Numbered from the stretch's first letter, positions 1 through 9,266 are shown. The stretch is DNA of 32,015 nt from an uncultured Methanosarcinales archaeon (GCA_964455675.1 CAYVYK010000008.1:62001-94015), one strand, 5' to 3'. Program-made: numbers and translations. Notes: generated by a model from the sequence alone, not told the origin.

Positions 1-3000
1 AACGACGGACTCTCCACCATGCTCATCGAGGCGAGCGCGTACACCCTCAGCGTGAAAACAACGGACCTTTCCGGAGATCCACAGACAAGCTACACACCGG
101 GAGACACAGTCCGGATCGAAGCAGTCATCAAAAATTCCACGACAAGCCTCAACGCCACCATGATCAACTGCACGATCACATTCCCCAACGGAACTCAGGA
201 AGCTCACGACATGACCGCAACAAGCACGGGCAATTACTACTATGATTTTACCACGCCCGCGGACCTTGAAGGAAGCTACGGCGTGCGCGTCGCAAGTCTC
301 GTCGAAGGAGTCAGCCAGAGCAAGAGCATCGGATTTGTTGCGGAATCCACAGCGTTCAACATGTTTGCCATCAACACAAATTATCTTGACCAAGTACAGG
401 GAGGAGGAGCCTTTGTCAGCGCTTTCGCGCCTGGAGCAAACATCACAATCATGGCGATCAGGGTCAACATCTCAAAAGGAGGATACATGGCGGAGGATGG
501 AATGATCGATATCGAGAATCCATCTGCAGGAATCTACTGTGAGGACGTCGTCAGCGTCACTCTAGTCAAGGATGACAAAGGTACAGTCTACAGCGTCGAC
601 ACCTTGAATCTGAATATCACGAGCCTGCAAGACCTTGTGGACACCGATTTCTTCCCGGCAGAAGTCACTCCCCCAGCGGCAATGATGCGCCAATGCATGA
701 TTATCATCAGAAACACGAGCCTACCAAAAGGATTCTACACCATCCAAGGAATGCTTGACCTGGGCACCGAAAAACAAGCCGGAACATCATTTAGCATCCA
801 GCGACTCCTCGCGGACGCGTACACCGTCGACAAGAACGGGAACGAATTCGGATTCTTCTCACCAGGAACAACCGTATACATGAAGATCACGCTCACCGAC
901 ATGCTCACTGACCTTGCTCTCAACGATTCACAAATCAAGGAAGTAACTATCAGCCAGGTCGAGAAAAATGGAGTGCTCTACACCGTAACAAACGAGTCCT
1001 ATGACAACACGACCGCGACACTTAGATTCACATCACCAGCCTACGAAGGATTCTACTCACTCAGGTTTAGGTTCAAGGCGATGATCGATGGAGCAAACCA
1101 TACAGGAGAGGGACAAGCATTCTTCCAGCTCAAAAAGTATATCATCTTCGCACAAGTGGCCCAAGGAGAGGGAGATATGGGACCTGGCTTCAAGAAACCA
1201 GGCGACAATATCACGCTCACCGTCACCATCGTCGACATCGAGAAAGGAGGCCTCTTTGAGATCGGAATGAGCGGAGGAACTGCCATGTCATGCACGGGAT
1301 GCGAGGGCCTCAACGCGCGAGTGACACGTATCTTCAACGACCAGCTATTCCAGGAGGTTGATGACTCCGCATACACCGCAACAGAAGGAAGCGTCACAAG
1401 CAGCACGAGCGGAGCCACCATCATCATCCAACAGGACACCACATTTGACACGGGATGGTACATGCTTGACATCGAGCTCTATAATCCCGAAGACGAGAGC
1501 GAGGTGTACACCGGATTTGGATTCTTCGAAATCAGAAACTTCTTCGTCCCCATGCTCGACATGGAATACAACGCGACAAACAACAGCTTCAGTTCGGACA
1601 GCAGCGAGGAATGGACTAGCGAAGGAGAGTTTACCTTCGAAACAGGAAGCAACGCGTATCTTAAAGTCCTTGCCATGCGACCTGGACCAAACGGCGGAGT
1701 AAGCCTCAACATCACCAACGCCACCATCATCAATGTCCTCAAAGAAGGATACGACGGCCCGCCAATCCCCGTGGACTACCAAGGAGGCATCAGCGAACGA
1801 TTCGTACGAAGTCAGGTGTGCAGCGGCCCAGGCAATTGCACGTATGAAATGAGCACGAAGTGGATCGCAAACATCAGCGGACTATCAGAAGAAGGGTTCT
1901 ACATGGCGAACATCCGTGTCACCACTGACTCAGGATCGGACATCGGAAGCGCGGACATCATCATCGCGGCATTCCAGCTCGCCGCAGACTATCGCGGAGA
2001 CGACTCATGGGACCCTATCTTCGCAAGCGACGAAAATCTCACCATTACGTACAGCGCAACCACTTTTGACGACCAGATGCACAACCTCGATGCGGCAGTA
2101 CTCCAATATGTGTGGAGCGGAAAAGAAGGAAAACCGCAACGAGTAACCGAGGAAGACTGGAGCTGCCCATGCGCGGGCCACGAATGCGTCTGCAACGTAC
2201 GTCTCTCAGACTTTGAGGAAGGATGGTACGAATTCCAGTTCAAAGTGAATGACACAGAAGGCAACAGCCAAACATCACTCATCGAAATACGCATCAAAGA
2301 TTACCTCTTCAGCCTCCCGCAAATCCTTGAAGTGTTCAACTGGAACTCGGACACCGGAGACACCGGAAGCATCGAAGTTCGGGAGTCAGAAGATCGATGC
2401 GATAATTCCAATCTCTGGCTACAGTGGGACAACATGAACTATCTCGCGAACAGCAACTATCTCTTCATCAACGAGACTGAGCGCAACATCACAGCATACT
2501 TCAAAGCCGATGCGTGCGAAGATGAAGTCAACAAGACATGCTTCATCGACGGATCGTATGAGTTCAACTTCACGGACTATCAGGAATTCGACAAGGGACC
2601 CGCAACAGTCGGAGTTCTCATGTACTGCATGAACGAATCATCCGCTCGGAACACAACACTCGACAACTGCTTCCCCGACCTGCAGGAGGGTTTTGTGCCC
2701 ATCGGAATCATGACAAACCTCACACACACGTGGGTCAAATATAACATCAACAATGACACCGACGGACGAAATTACAGCATGAGCGGGGCAAACATCAGCA
2801 CAACGGCAGGAGACACAATCTACCTTGGCAGCGACACATGGACAAGCATGGGAATACCTGCAGGAGATCCTCCACAATGGAATTATACGGATTCACGCAT
2901 CATCCACTACCAACACGGATGGCAGGGAAGCTACTATGATATTGATGAATACCTACATGTAACAGATAAGCCAGAGGGCTTTAAAGTAGGGGGCTTTTGT

Positions 3001-6000
3001 GAGATCGAGTCAGGATCAGTATTCATAGAAAATATGCCACCAAATTCAGCCTGCACGCACGGGGTAACCATGTATGCAGTCATGAACACAACGCATTCCA
3101 TGCTCAGCTACAACACGAACATGACAGGATCATGGGTAACGCAGGGAATCCAAGAACACACGAGCAGCAACTGGTCAGTCATTGACACGGGATACAACAA
3201 TGGGGGGACCGCGGGCAATTACACACGCGTCATCGACGCTGATTACTACGGAAAATTCATCCCGATGGGACAGGATATGGACATCGCGGACTACATCATT
3301 CCACCGGCGTATTCGCGCACGATGCGAGGAACTTTTTTCTGCGTGCAGAACGACTCCGAAATCAACAACCAACCACGACAATGGTACCAACGTGGAGGCT
3401 CGCAGTGCGACCAAGGCATAGAGGCAGAAACCGTGTACACATTCAGCAACGGTACACACCTCTGGGTCGGATCAGGCGATAATGATCTCTCTGACAACAC
3501 CGCCATCAAGGCAGGAGAAACTTTCTCGGGAGTTGTCAACCAAACATGGGAACTTGTATCCCTCAACGTGAGCAGCTACCAAAGCGAATTCAGAGTGCGC
3601 CTAGCAGACAACTACATCTGCGGAGAGACATGGAACTGCGAAGAAGGGGAATGCACCAAATCATTGTACGAACTCATCAGACCGCAAACCGACACCAACT
3701 TCGGATTCGGATACATCAATCTCGTGCAGAGCCCGTGGATGGTTGATTACCAGTACACCGCGTTCAACAGCAGCAGGTACGTGTACCTCTACCATAACAG
3801 AACACACTTATGGCTAACGGAGGATGGCAACTTCTCTGGACATAACGGCACCGCAATCGGACGAAACATCAGCGATCCGTACGGCGGAAGCTGGTACGTA
3901 AAACAACTCTCCGACAGCAGCATATCCCTACGCGGCAACACGAGGCTCGCAAGCACTGGAGGAATATTCAACCTCACAGTGTACAGCAAGAGCGGTACCG
4001 TGCGTATCGGAACGATGAGGGAGGTGGAGTTCGGCTTCTTCAAGATGAACGAAGGAGGCAGAAGTGGCATCGACCTTAATGGCGACGGACTTACGAATGG
4101 AACCATGTATTATATACTCTCGGACAACAGCACGGCAGGAGTGTACGACACATTCTTCTTCTCGTCGAACAGCACATTTAACGCCCCCATATCCGTGAAC
4201 GCAAACAAAGCGACACGAACGTTCGTCGGAGGAAACGACACGCTCACACTTCTCTCCATCGATCCGCGCGCGGACCGGGTACGCTTCTATTCGAGCGATA
4301 CCGGAGACTGGTCGGACCTTGGAGACATCGCGGTCAGCGGCAACATCAGGATCCCATTCCTTGTGATGAAACCAAACGGGTCAACAGTCGCCGCAACAGT
4401 AACCGCAAAAGGAGTCTACACGTATAATGATGAAGGAGCAAAGGAATACCGCGCGTTCGATACTGAGGTATCCGCAAGCTCCTCCTCGGGTGAGCTCCTC
4501 CTCAATTCAGGAACAACGGGCGGGGCATTTGACACCGGCATCAACCTCTTTGAGATCGTCGCGAATACGAGCGAAGGTAACCTCTCCATAGAAGAATGGA
4601 GATGGCCGCGAGCAAACCTCCAAGCATTCCTTGTGACGAATTATCTCGGACGCGGAGGATGGATCGAGGGATTTGCGCCTATTGATATTGATGTCTTTAG
4701 CGAGCAAACAGGAACACGAACCCTCGAAGTTTTCACCGCAAACCTCTCACAACAATACCAAGGAACCGGAGCGTATTATGGAGTTGTGGAAGACGGATGG
4801 GATGACAATGTCAGCGCTTGCAACCTCGTCAGACCCTTAGGAATCGATCCCGATCCTGACGAAGAAATCCATCAATCACGATGGCGCCTACGCAATCCCA
4901 ACTATTTCTTCTACTATAGCGGCGATGGAGCAGACGGAGAGAAGGTATGGATCAAGGCAGGAGACTGCAACTATACGGACATCCCATCATATGAAGTTGG
5001 AGACCCCATCAATGTGACAAGCGATGGCAAGACCTACTTCCTCGAAGTCCTCGCGATACGGGCAAGCACCGGACCAAACAACAGGAGCTTTGCACTCATC
5101 GGCGTGAACATCACGAACACCACGCTCATGAAACCAACACAGATCGACCACATGAACAACGGCCTCCGGTGGGCACTTGCCTCAATCAACATCAGCAACC
5201 AGACCGTCAACGTGCTCTATGTGAACGCAACAGAAAATCCCATGTGCGCTGTCTACGGCGGATGGGAGTACCTCACCGGAGCATTCCTCACGACGAACGG
5301 AGACTACAGCGGAACAGCACTTGTGGCAGGATCAGATATCCCCGGATTTACGAACAAGTACATCGCGGGCATCGGGCCAAACAGGTGGGAAGGAATCATG
5401 ATCGGAAACAACTCAGCAATCACAAGAAACTTCGCATTCGGCAACATGAGATTTGCTGACAATACGCTCGTGTACGTGAAGGACCTCAACGAAACGATCC
5501 AGAACATGGACCTCAACATCGACGGAGACAAGAGCGACAACTTCACGATCGTCGTGTACGATGAACTCTCTGACGGCACCCAAACACTCAACCGAGTAAC
5601 AACGGATGACGACCTTGAGATCACACCCAACTGGCAGAGCTGGGGATCGGAAAGCGCGTACTATGACTATAGCGGAACGGAAACAGGAATCGCAGAACAA
5701 TGGGGAAGCCTCCCGAACGCTATCTGGAGCGGAAACGTGGAATTCGGACCAAGCCAAGAGAACGAAACCTACCGACAGCTTGATTGGGAGCAACGATCAG
5801 TGTACAACGTGATCCTCTTCAACAACACGGCGATGCTCCTCAGCAAGGAAGCATGGTGTGGCATCCCCGACGAAGAGACAATAAAAGTCATCTCGCGGGC
5901 GTACCACTTCAACCAGACAAGCATCCAGGGCGCAAACACAACCATCAGTAAGATCTTCAAGCTCGGATTCTCAGGAGGGGGAGCGTACGACCCAAGCCTG

Positions 6001-6183
6001 TACACCATCACGAACGGCACAACGGATAACAACGGATACGCAGTCGCAAGCGCATCACCAGTTGGATCGTGGGAAACTGACAGCGGCGGAGAATACCTCT
6101 TTAGGCTCTTTGTTACAAGCCCGCAGGGTGTAAGCTCAACCGAGCACAGCTTTGTTCGGATTGGAGGTGAGTGCACATGGTAA
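1..6183 (+). CDS. Giant modular secreted / S-layer-like glycoprotein, 5'-truncated (>2,060 aa)
   Basis: The frame is open from base 1 (aac gac gga ctc tcc acc atg) and no signal peptide follows the ATG at 19, so the true start is probably upstream. It has six Ig/MG2-like modules starting (Y/F)xPGxx(V/I), four N-x-T-H modules, DxNxDG Ca-binding-like loops and dense N-x-S/T sequons. There is no C-terminal TM helix. Confidence 0.85.
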   Translation, partial: NDGLSTMLIEASAYTLSVKTTDLSGDPQTSYTPGDTVRIEAVIKNSTTSLNATMINCTITFPNGTQEAHDMTATSTGNYYYDFTTPADLEGSYGVRVASLVEGVSQSKSIGFVAESTAFNMFAINTNYLDQVQGGGAFVSAFAPGANITIMAIRVNISKGGYMAEDGMIDIENPSAGIYCEDVVSVTLVKDDKGTVYSVDTLNLNITSLQDLVDTDFFPAEVTPPAAMMRQCMIIIRNTSLPKGFYTIQGMLDLGTEKQAGTSFSIQRLLADAYTVDKNGNEFGFFSPGTTVYMKITLTDMLTDLALNDSQIKEVTISQVEKNGVLYTVTNESYDNTTATLRFTSPAYEGFYSLRFRFKAMIDGANHTGEGQAFFQLKKYIIFAQVAQGEGDMGPGFKKPGDNITLTVTIVDIEKGGLFEIGMSGGTAMSCTGCEGLNARVTRIFNDQLFQEVDDSAYTATEGSVTSSTSGATIIIQQDTTFDTGWYMLDIELYNPEDESEVYTGFGFFEIRNFFVPMLDMEYNATNNSFSSDSSEEWTSEGEFTFETGSNAYLKVLAMRPGPNGGVSLNITNATIINVLKEGYDGPPIPVDYQGGISERFVRSQVCSGPGNCTYEMSTKWIANISGLSEEGFYMANIRVTTDSGSDIGSADIIIAAFQLAADYRGDDSWDPIFASDENLTITYSATTFDDQMHNLDAAVLQYVWSGKEGKPQRVTEEDWSCPCAGHECVCNVRLSDFEEGWYEFQFKVNDTEGNSQTSLIEIRIKDYLFSLPQILEVFNWNSDTGDTGSIEVRESEDRCDNSNLWLQWDNMNYLANSNYLFINETERNITAYFKADACEDEVNKTCFIDGSYEFNFTDYQEFDKGPATVGVLMYCMNESSARNTTLDNCFPDLQEGFVPIGIMTNLTHTWVKYNINNDTDGRNYSMSGANISTTAGDTIYLGSDTWTSMGIPAGDPPQWNYTDSRIIHYQHGWQGSYYDIDEYLHVTDKPEGFKVGGFCEIESGSVFIENMPPNSACTHGVTMYAVMNTTHSMLSYNTNMTGSWVTQGIQEHTSSNWSVIDTGYNNGGTAGNYTRVIDADYYGKFIPMGQDMDIADYIIPPAYSRTMRGTFFCVQNDSEINNQPRQWYQRGGSQCDQGIEAETVYTFSNGTHLWVGSGDNDLSDNTAIKAGETFSGVVNQTWELVSLNVSSYQSEFRVRLADNYICGETWNCEEGECTKSLYELIRPQTDTNFGFGYINLVQSPWMVDYQYTAFNSSRYVYLYHNRTHLWLTEDGNFSGHNGTAIGRNISDPYGGSWYVKQLSDSSISLRGNTRLASTGGIFNLTVYSKSGTVRIGTMREVEFGFFKMNEGGRSGIDLNGDGLTNGTMYYILSDNSTAGVYDTFFFSSNSTFNAPISVNANKATRTFVGGNDTLTLLSIDPRADRVRFYSSDTGDWSDLGDIAVSGNIRIPFLVMKPNGSTVAATVTAKGVYTYNDEGAKEYRAFDTEVSASSSSGELLLNSGTTGGAFDTGINLFEIVANTSEGNLSIEEWRWPRANLQAFLVTNYLGRGGWIEGFAPIDIDVFSEQTGTRTLEVFTANLSQQYQGTGAYYGVVEDGWDDNVSACNLVRPLGIDPDPDEEIHQSRWRLRNPNYFFYYSGDGADGEKVWIKAGDCNYTDIPSYEVGDPINVTSDGKTYFLEVLAIRASTGPNNRSFALIGVNITNTTLMKPTQIDHMNNGLRWALASINISNQTVNVLYVNATENPMCAVYGGWEYLTGAFLTTNGDYSGTALVAGSDIPGFTNKYIAGIGPNRWEGIMIGNNSAITRNFAFGNMRFADNTLVYVKDLNETIQNMDLNIDGDKSDNFTIVVYDELSDGTQTLNRVTTDDDLEITPNWQSWGSESAYYDYSGTETGIAEQWGSLPNAIWSGNVEFGPSQENETYRQLDWEQRSVYNVILFNNTAMLLSKEAWCGIPDEETIKVISRAYHFNQTSIQGANTTISKIFKLGFSGGGAYDPSLYTITNGTTDNNGYAVASASPVGSWETDSGGEYLFRLFVTSPQGVSSTEHSFVRIGGECTW
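6163..6170 (+). promoter_or_regulatory. Archaeal-type Shine-Dalgarno GGAGGTGA
   Basis: ggaggtga lies 6 nt before ATG 6177, inside the end of the upstream gene, consistent with translational coupling. Confidence 0.75.
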
Positions 6184-7463
6184 AACAAGCACTCATCGCC
6201 CTCATCATGCTGATTATGCTGCCTGCCGCATTTGCGGCGAGCGCAAGCATCAGCCAATCAGGAGCGGACAGCGGAACAGTAATGCAAGGCGTCGCATTCA
6301 CGCTCTCGGTCACAGGAATATCAGGCAGCGGAACGGCAACCGTCACGCTCCCAAGCGGATTTACGGCGACAGAAGAAACGACAAAGTCATTCTCGGGAGA
6401 GAGCGTTTCATGGACAACGATCACGGCAAGCTCCACAATGAGCGGGCAGACCATCAGCGTCCTCATCAGTGGAACAGGAAGCCCGGAAACTGCGACAACA
6501 AGCTCTTTCAATGTTATCAGTGCGCCAAGCCTGGGACTATCCGTCAGCCCAACCTCGTGGTCCTTTGACGCAGGAGATAATACCGAGATAAGCGTGAACA
6601 TCCGAAACAGCGGCGATACCACGGCACAAAACGTCGTCGCACTACTTTCGCTCCCAACGGGATACTCCACAGGATCAACGTCGCAAACTATCACCAGCAT
6701 TGCATCAGGAGCAAGCAGCGCGGTCAGCTGGGACGTTACCGCTGGAAGCTCAGCGGCGAGCGGGACGATTACCCTTAGAGTTAGCGCGTCAAACGCAGAC
6801 ACGGCGACGGGTACAATCACCACAACAAAGAACTCGAACGGCGGCGATGATGACTCGGGTGGAGGAAGCGGGGGCAGTTCATCAGGAGGATACGCATTCG
6901 CGACACCAACGCCGACACCAGCGCCGGTCATCCTTGACATCAACGCAGGACAATCAGCAACCATAACGCTCAGCAGCACACCCAAAACCAAACGCGTCGC
7001 AGTCACCGGAAAGATCGAGTATATGCTCGGCGTACAACCCCACAGCATCACGATAAAAAGCGTTACTGCAACAAGCGCTACGATTGTCGTAGCGTCGGAA
7101 CCTACTGAAGTCACACTACTCCTCGGCGAAGAGAAAAAACTCGACGTGACGAACGACCGGATTGAGGACATCAATGTCAAGCTTGTCGCAGTTAACCCAA
7201 CGGCTAATTATGCAGAACTTGAGATCACGCTCCTTCCGGCCCCACGACCAACCGAGCCGGAACGCGAAAAGGACAAGGAAGCTGCAAATACCGGAGGACC
7301 AGCGCCGCTAGGCGAGACACTCAAAAAAGCAGCGAGCAGCACACCAATCATTATTGTCGGACTCATCGTGATCATCGGTGCAATCATCTACGGTGTTATC
7401 ATCAGCGTGCACCACCATACACAGAAGAAAGAACCGAAAGACAAAAAGGAAGAGAAGAAGTAG
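6177..7463 (+). CDS. Membrane-anchored cell-surface protein: signal peptide, Ser/Thr-rich Ig-like (NEW3/CARDB-like) domains, C-terminal TM
   Basis: Signal peptide MVKQALIALIMLIMLPAAFA; NEW3/CARDB-like motif 'GDNTEISVNIRNSGDTTAQNV..LPTGY..IASGASSAVSWDV'; G/S and PT linker; TM 'IIIVGLIVIIGAIIYGVII' followed by a Lys-rich tail. ATG 6177 is preferred over GTG 6171 on SD spacing. Confidence 0.85.
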   Translation: MVKQALIALIMLIMLPAAFAASASISQSGADSGTVMQGVAFTLSVTGISGSGTATVTLPSGFTATEETTKSFSGESVSWTTITASSTMSGQTISVLISGTGSPETATTSSFNVISAPSLGLSVSPTSWSFDAGDNTEISVNIRNSGDTTAQNVVALLSLPTGYSTGSTSQTITSIASGASSAVSWDVTAGSSAASGTITLRVSASNADTATGTITTTKNSNGGDDDSGGGSGGSSSGGYAFATPTPTPAPVILDINAGQSATITLSSTPKTKRVAVTGKIEYMLGVQPHSITIKSVTATSATIVVASEPTEVTLLLGEEKKLDVTNDRIEDINVKLVAVNPTANYAELEITLLPAPRPTEPEREKDKEAANTGGPAPLGETLKKAASSTPIIIVGLIVIIGAIIYGVIISVHHHTQKKEPKDKKEEKK

Positions 7464-7535
7464 TTGCCACAAGCGACGACTGGTACTTCATTTGCACTTG
7501 GAGATGCATCAGTATCCAGGGACGGCTTTCGCAAT

Positions 7536-7553
7536 CATCACGATTTCGTGATG
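7536..7553. repeat. Perfect 8-bp inverted repeat catcacga-tt-tcgtgatg
   Basis: Read directly. It is intergenic, upstream of the low-GC ORF. A second IR gattac-ctc-gtaatc lies at 7585-7599. Confidence 0.7.
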
Positions 7554-7629
7554 TTTCTCCTCCAAAATCCGTGCATCGAAAAGCGATTACCTCGTAATCC
7601 TTAAAAGCCACAGAGTAATCTCGAATCTT

Positions 7630-8058
7630 ATGTTCCTAAGACATTATATTTATACAGAACCAAATCTAGGTAATGCAGAAAAAAGTATAGATGTATTAGT
7701 AAACGAATTTGGTCTTGTTCCAGCATTTCATCCAACTGATGATAGAGAGTATGTCTGGGAAGACGAACAAGGGATTGGGAGATATAATGTTCGATTCAAA
7801 AATAACCGAAGATATGATAAAAAAGAAGTTGACATCATCATGTTTCACTATTGGGCCAACGAATCTCGTGCAAATAGAACTATTTTTGAAAGAGATCCTA
7901 TGAAGGATGCAGTATTACGAGTAAAACAAGTTTTGAAAGGGATCTTATTTGAAGATCGATTTGAAGACTATTCTTTGGATGAAGCAATGGAAGTATCCAC
8001 GAATCCTGGGTACTTAAAGGGGAAATATCGTGGAAAGCTCAAACCGAATTGCCGCTAA
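7630..8058 (+). CDS. Hypothetical protein, low-GC orphan (142 aa)
   Basis: Clean ORF with TATA-like cttaaaa at 7600-7606. GC is about one third (19/60 in 7681-7740) against roughly half in flanking genes. No family recognised. Confidence 0.7.
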   Translation: MFLRHYIYTEPNLGNAEKSIDVLVNEFGLVPAFHPTDDREYVWEDEQGIGRYNVRFKNNRRYDKKEVDIIMFHYWANESRANRTIFERDPMKDAVLRVKQVLKGILFEDRFEDYSLDEAMEVSTNPGYLKGKYRGKLKPNCR

Positions 8059-8093
8059 CAAAGCATTGAGCATGGAATTCTCCTTCTCTCTTG

Positions 8094-8306
8094 GGACGGT
8101 CAGCCACATATCGGTCCAAGAAAGATTTCCACGAATAGAACATTAATAATAGCGTAGGACGGTCGGCCTCCCTCAGGTCTAAGAAAGAGTTCTATGAATA
8201 AATACGAATAGAAAAATACTGAGAGCGTAGGACGGTCGGCCTCCCTCCGGTCGGCCTTGAACGGACGGCATCTTAAGGCTTCGCCTTAATGATGCCTTTG
8301 CTACGC
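8094..8306 (+). repeat. Three degenerate tandem copies of ggacggtcRgcc-N7-ggtc, the last extended into a GTAG-bounded multi-hairpin (REP-like)
   Basis: Cores at 8094, 8157 and 8230. 8151-8179 and 8224-8252 match at 28/29 bases. gcgtag (8225-8230) pairs with ctacgc (8301-8306). Internal hairpin ggcatc-ttaaggc-ttc-gccttaa-t-gatgcc at 8267-8296. Confidence 0.75.
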
Positions 8307-8349
8307 GTGGTTGCACGTTGGCTGTTTACTATGCAGTATTCTGTGTCTT

Positions 8350-8363
8350 GAGAAAGTTTATAT
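8350..8363 (+). promoter_or_regulatory. BRE + TATA box (gagaaag tttatat) for the lgt-like gene
   Basis: TATA at 8357-8363 is 25-31 nt before ATG 8388, the spacing expected for a leaderless archaeal transcript. Confidence 0.65.
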
Positions 8364-8387
8364 GGGAGAGATGCTCGCAGCATACTG

Positions 8388-9266
8388 ATGGTTATCTATT
8401 TCCCGGTTATCAAATACCTCTATTTTGGCACGTACAAACAGCCCGTGTTCCAGATCACCGGGTATATTGCAGCTGTAGTCGGTCTTTATATCGCATATTA
8501 TCTCCTCAACCAGGAGAAGCAAAAATTGTGGGATATCGCGGGAAGCATGATCGCGGGGGGGATCGGAGTATTCCTGGGAGCGAGACTCTTCTACTTCTTC
8601 GGGCCATGGACAATGCACTATTCATGGACAATCACCGAGCGATTGCTACGGTTCTCAAAGTTCTGGACGGGAGGACTCGTCATGTACGGGGGACTCCTTG
8701 GAGGAATGCTCGTCCTGTACGCATATATTCGCTGGAAGCGATTGTCCGTTCCACAATATTTTGATATCTACGCGATCATGTTTGCTGTTACCCTATTGAT
8801 CGCACGATTCGGGTGCCTCCTCTCGTATGACCACCCAGCAAAAGAAACGAACCTTGCGTTCGGAGTCGTGCATTACACGCATCCAGGGCTCCTTCCGTTT
8901 GGACTCAGCAGCGGTTACAAAACATGGGTACAAGACCATGCAGTATATCCATCAGATATCCTCTACATCCTCTACATGGCCGTACTCGTCGCGCTACTCT
9001 TCTACATCTACTTCCACATCAAGCCAGACCTGTTCAGAGGACACCTCGCGATGTTCACCGCGTTCTTCTACCCTCTGAACAGATTCCTCAACGAGTTCCT
9101 GCGCAGCTACTCATGGCACTTCTTTGGGCTTACAGCATCACAGCTTGTGTGCATCGTAATACTGGCTATAGCGCTCGTCATGCTCCACCGGAAAGGGTAC
9201 AACCTGATTACATTCCTCAAGAAATTATTTACTCGTCCAGATGATCAGAAACATCCTTCTCTCTGA
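8388..9266 (+). CDS. lgt: Prolipoprotein diacylglyceryl transferase (Lgt) family membrane protein
   Basis: Multi-TM protein with Lgt hallmarks in order: GARLFY, W.GGLVMYGGLLGG, ARFGC (RxG motif), YPS.LY, RFLNEFLR, GLTASQ. Confidence 0.85.
   Translation: MVIYFPVIKYLYFGTYKQPVFQITGYIAAVVGLYIAYYLLNQEKQKLWDIAGSMIAGGIGVFLGARLFYFFGPWTMHYSWTITERLLRFSKFWTGGLVMYGGLLGGMLVLYAYIRWKRLSVPQYFDIYAIMFAVTLLIARFGCLLSYDHPAKETNLAFGVVHYTHPGLLPFGLSSGYKTWVQDHAVYPSDILYILYMAVLVALLFYIYFHIKPDLFRGHLAMFTAFFYPLNRFLNEFLRSYSWHFFGLTASQLVCIVILAIALVMLHRKGYNLITFLKKLFTRPDDQKHPSL

Noticed and set aside
19..21. ATG 19 as the true start of the first gene
   Set aside because: The frame is open to base 1 and no signal peptide follows, although the protein is clearly extracellular.
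6113..7180. 355-aa minus-strand ORF
   Set aside because: Antisense to a protein with clear signal peptide, domains and TM; explained by codon bias.
8052..8130. Integron attC site after the low-GC ORF (gctaacaaagc overlapping the stop)
   Set aside because: No complementary GTTRRRY end or L-box pairing was found downstream, and there is no integrase.
8094..8252. Mini CRISPR array (repeat period 63-73 bp)
   Set aside because: Only three degenerate copies, the intervening sequences resemble each other (aagaaaga, acgaatagaa), and no cas genes are in the window. Tandem duplication fits better.
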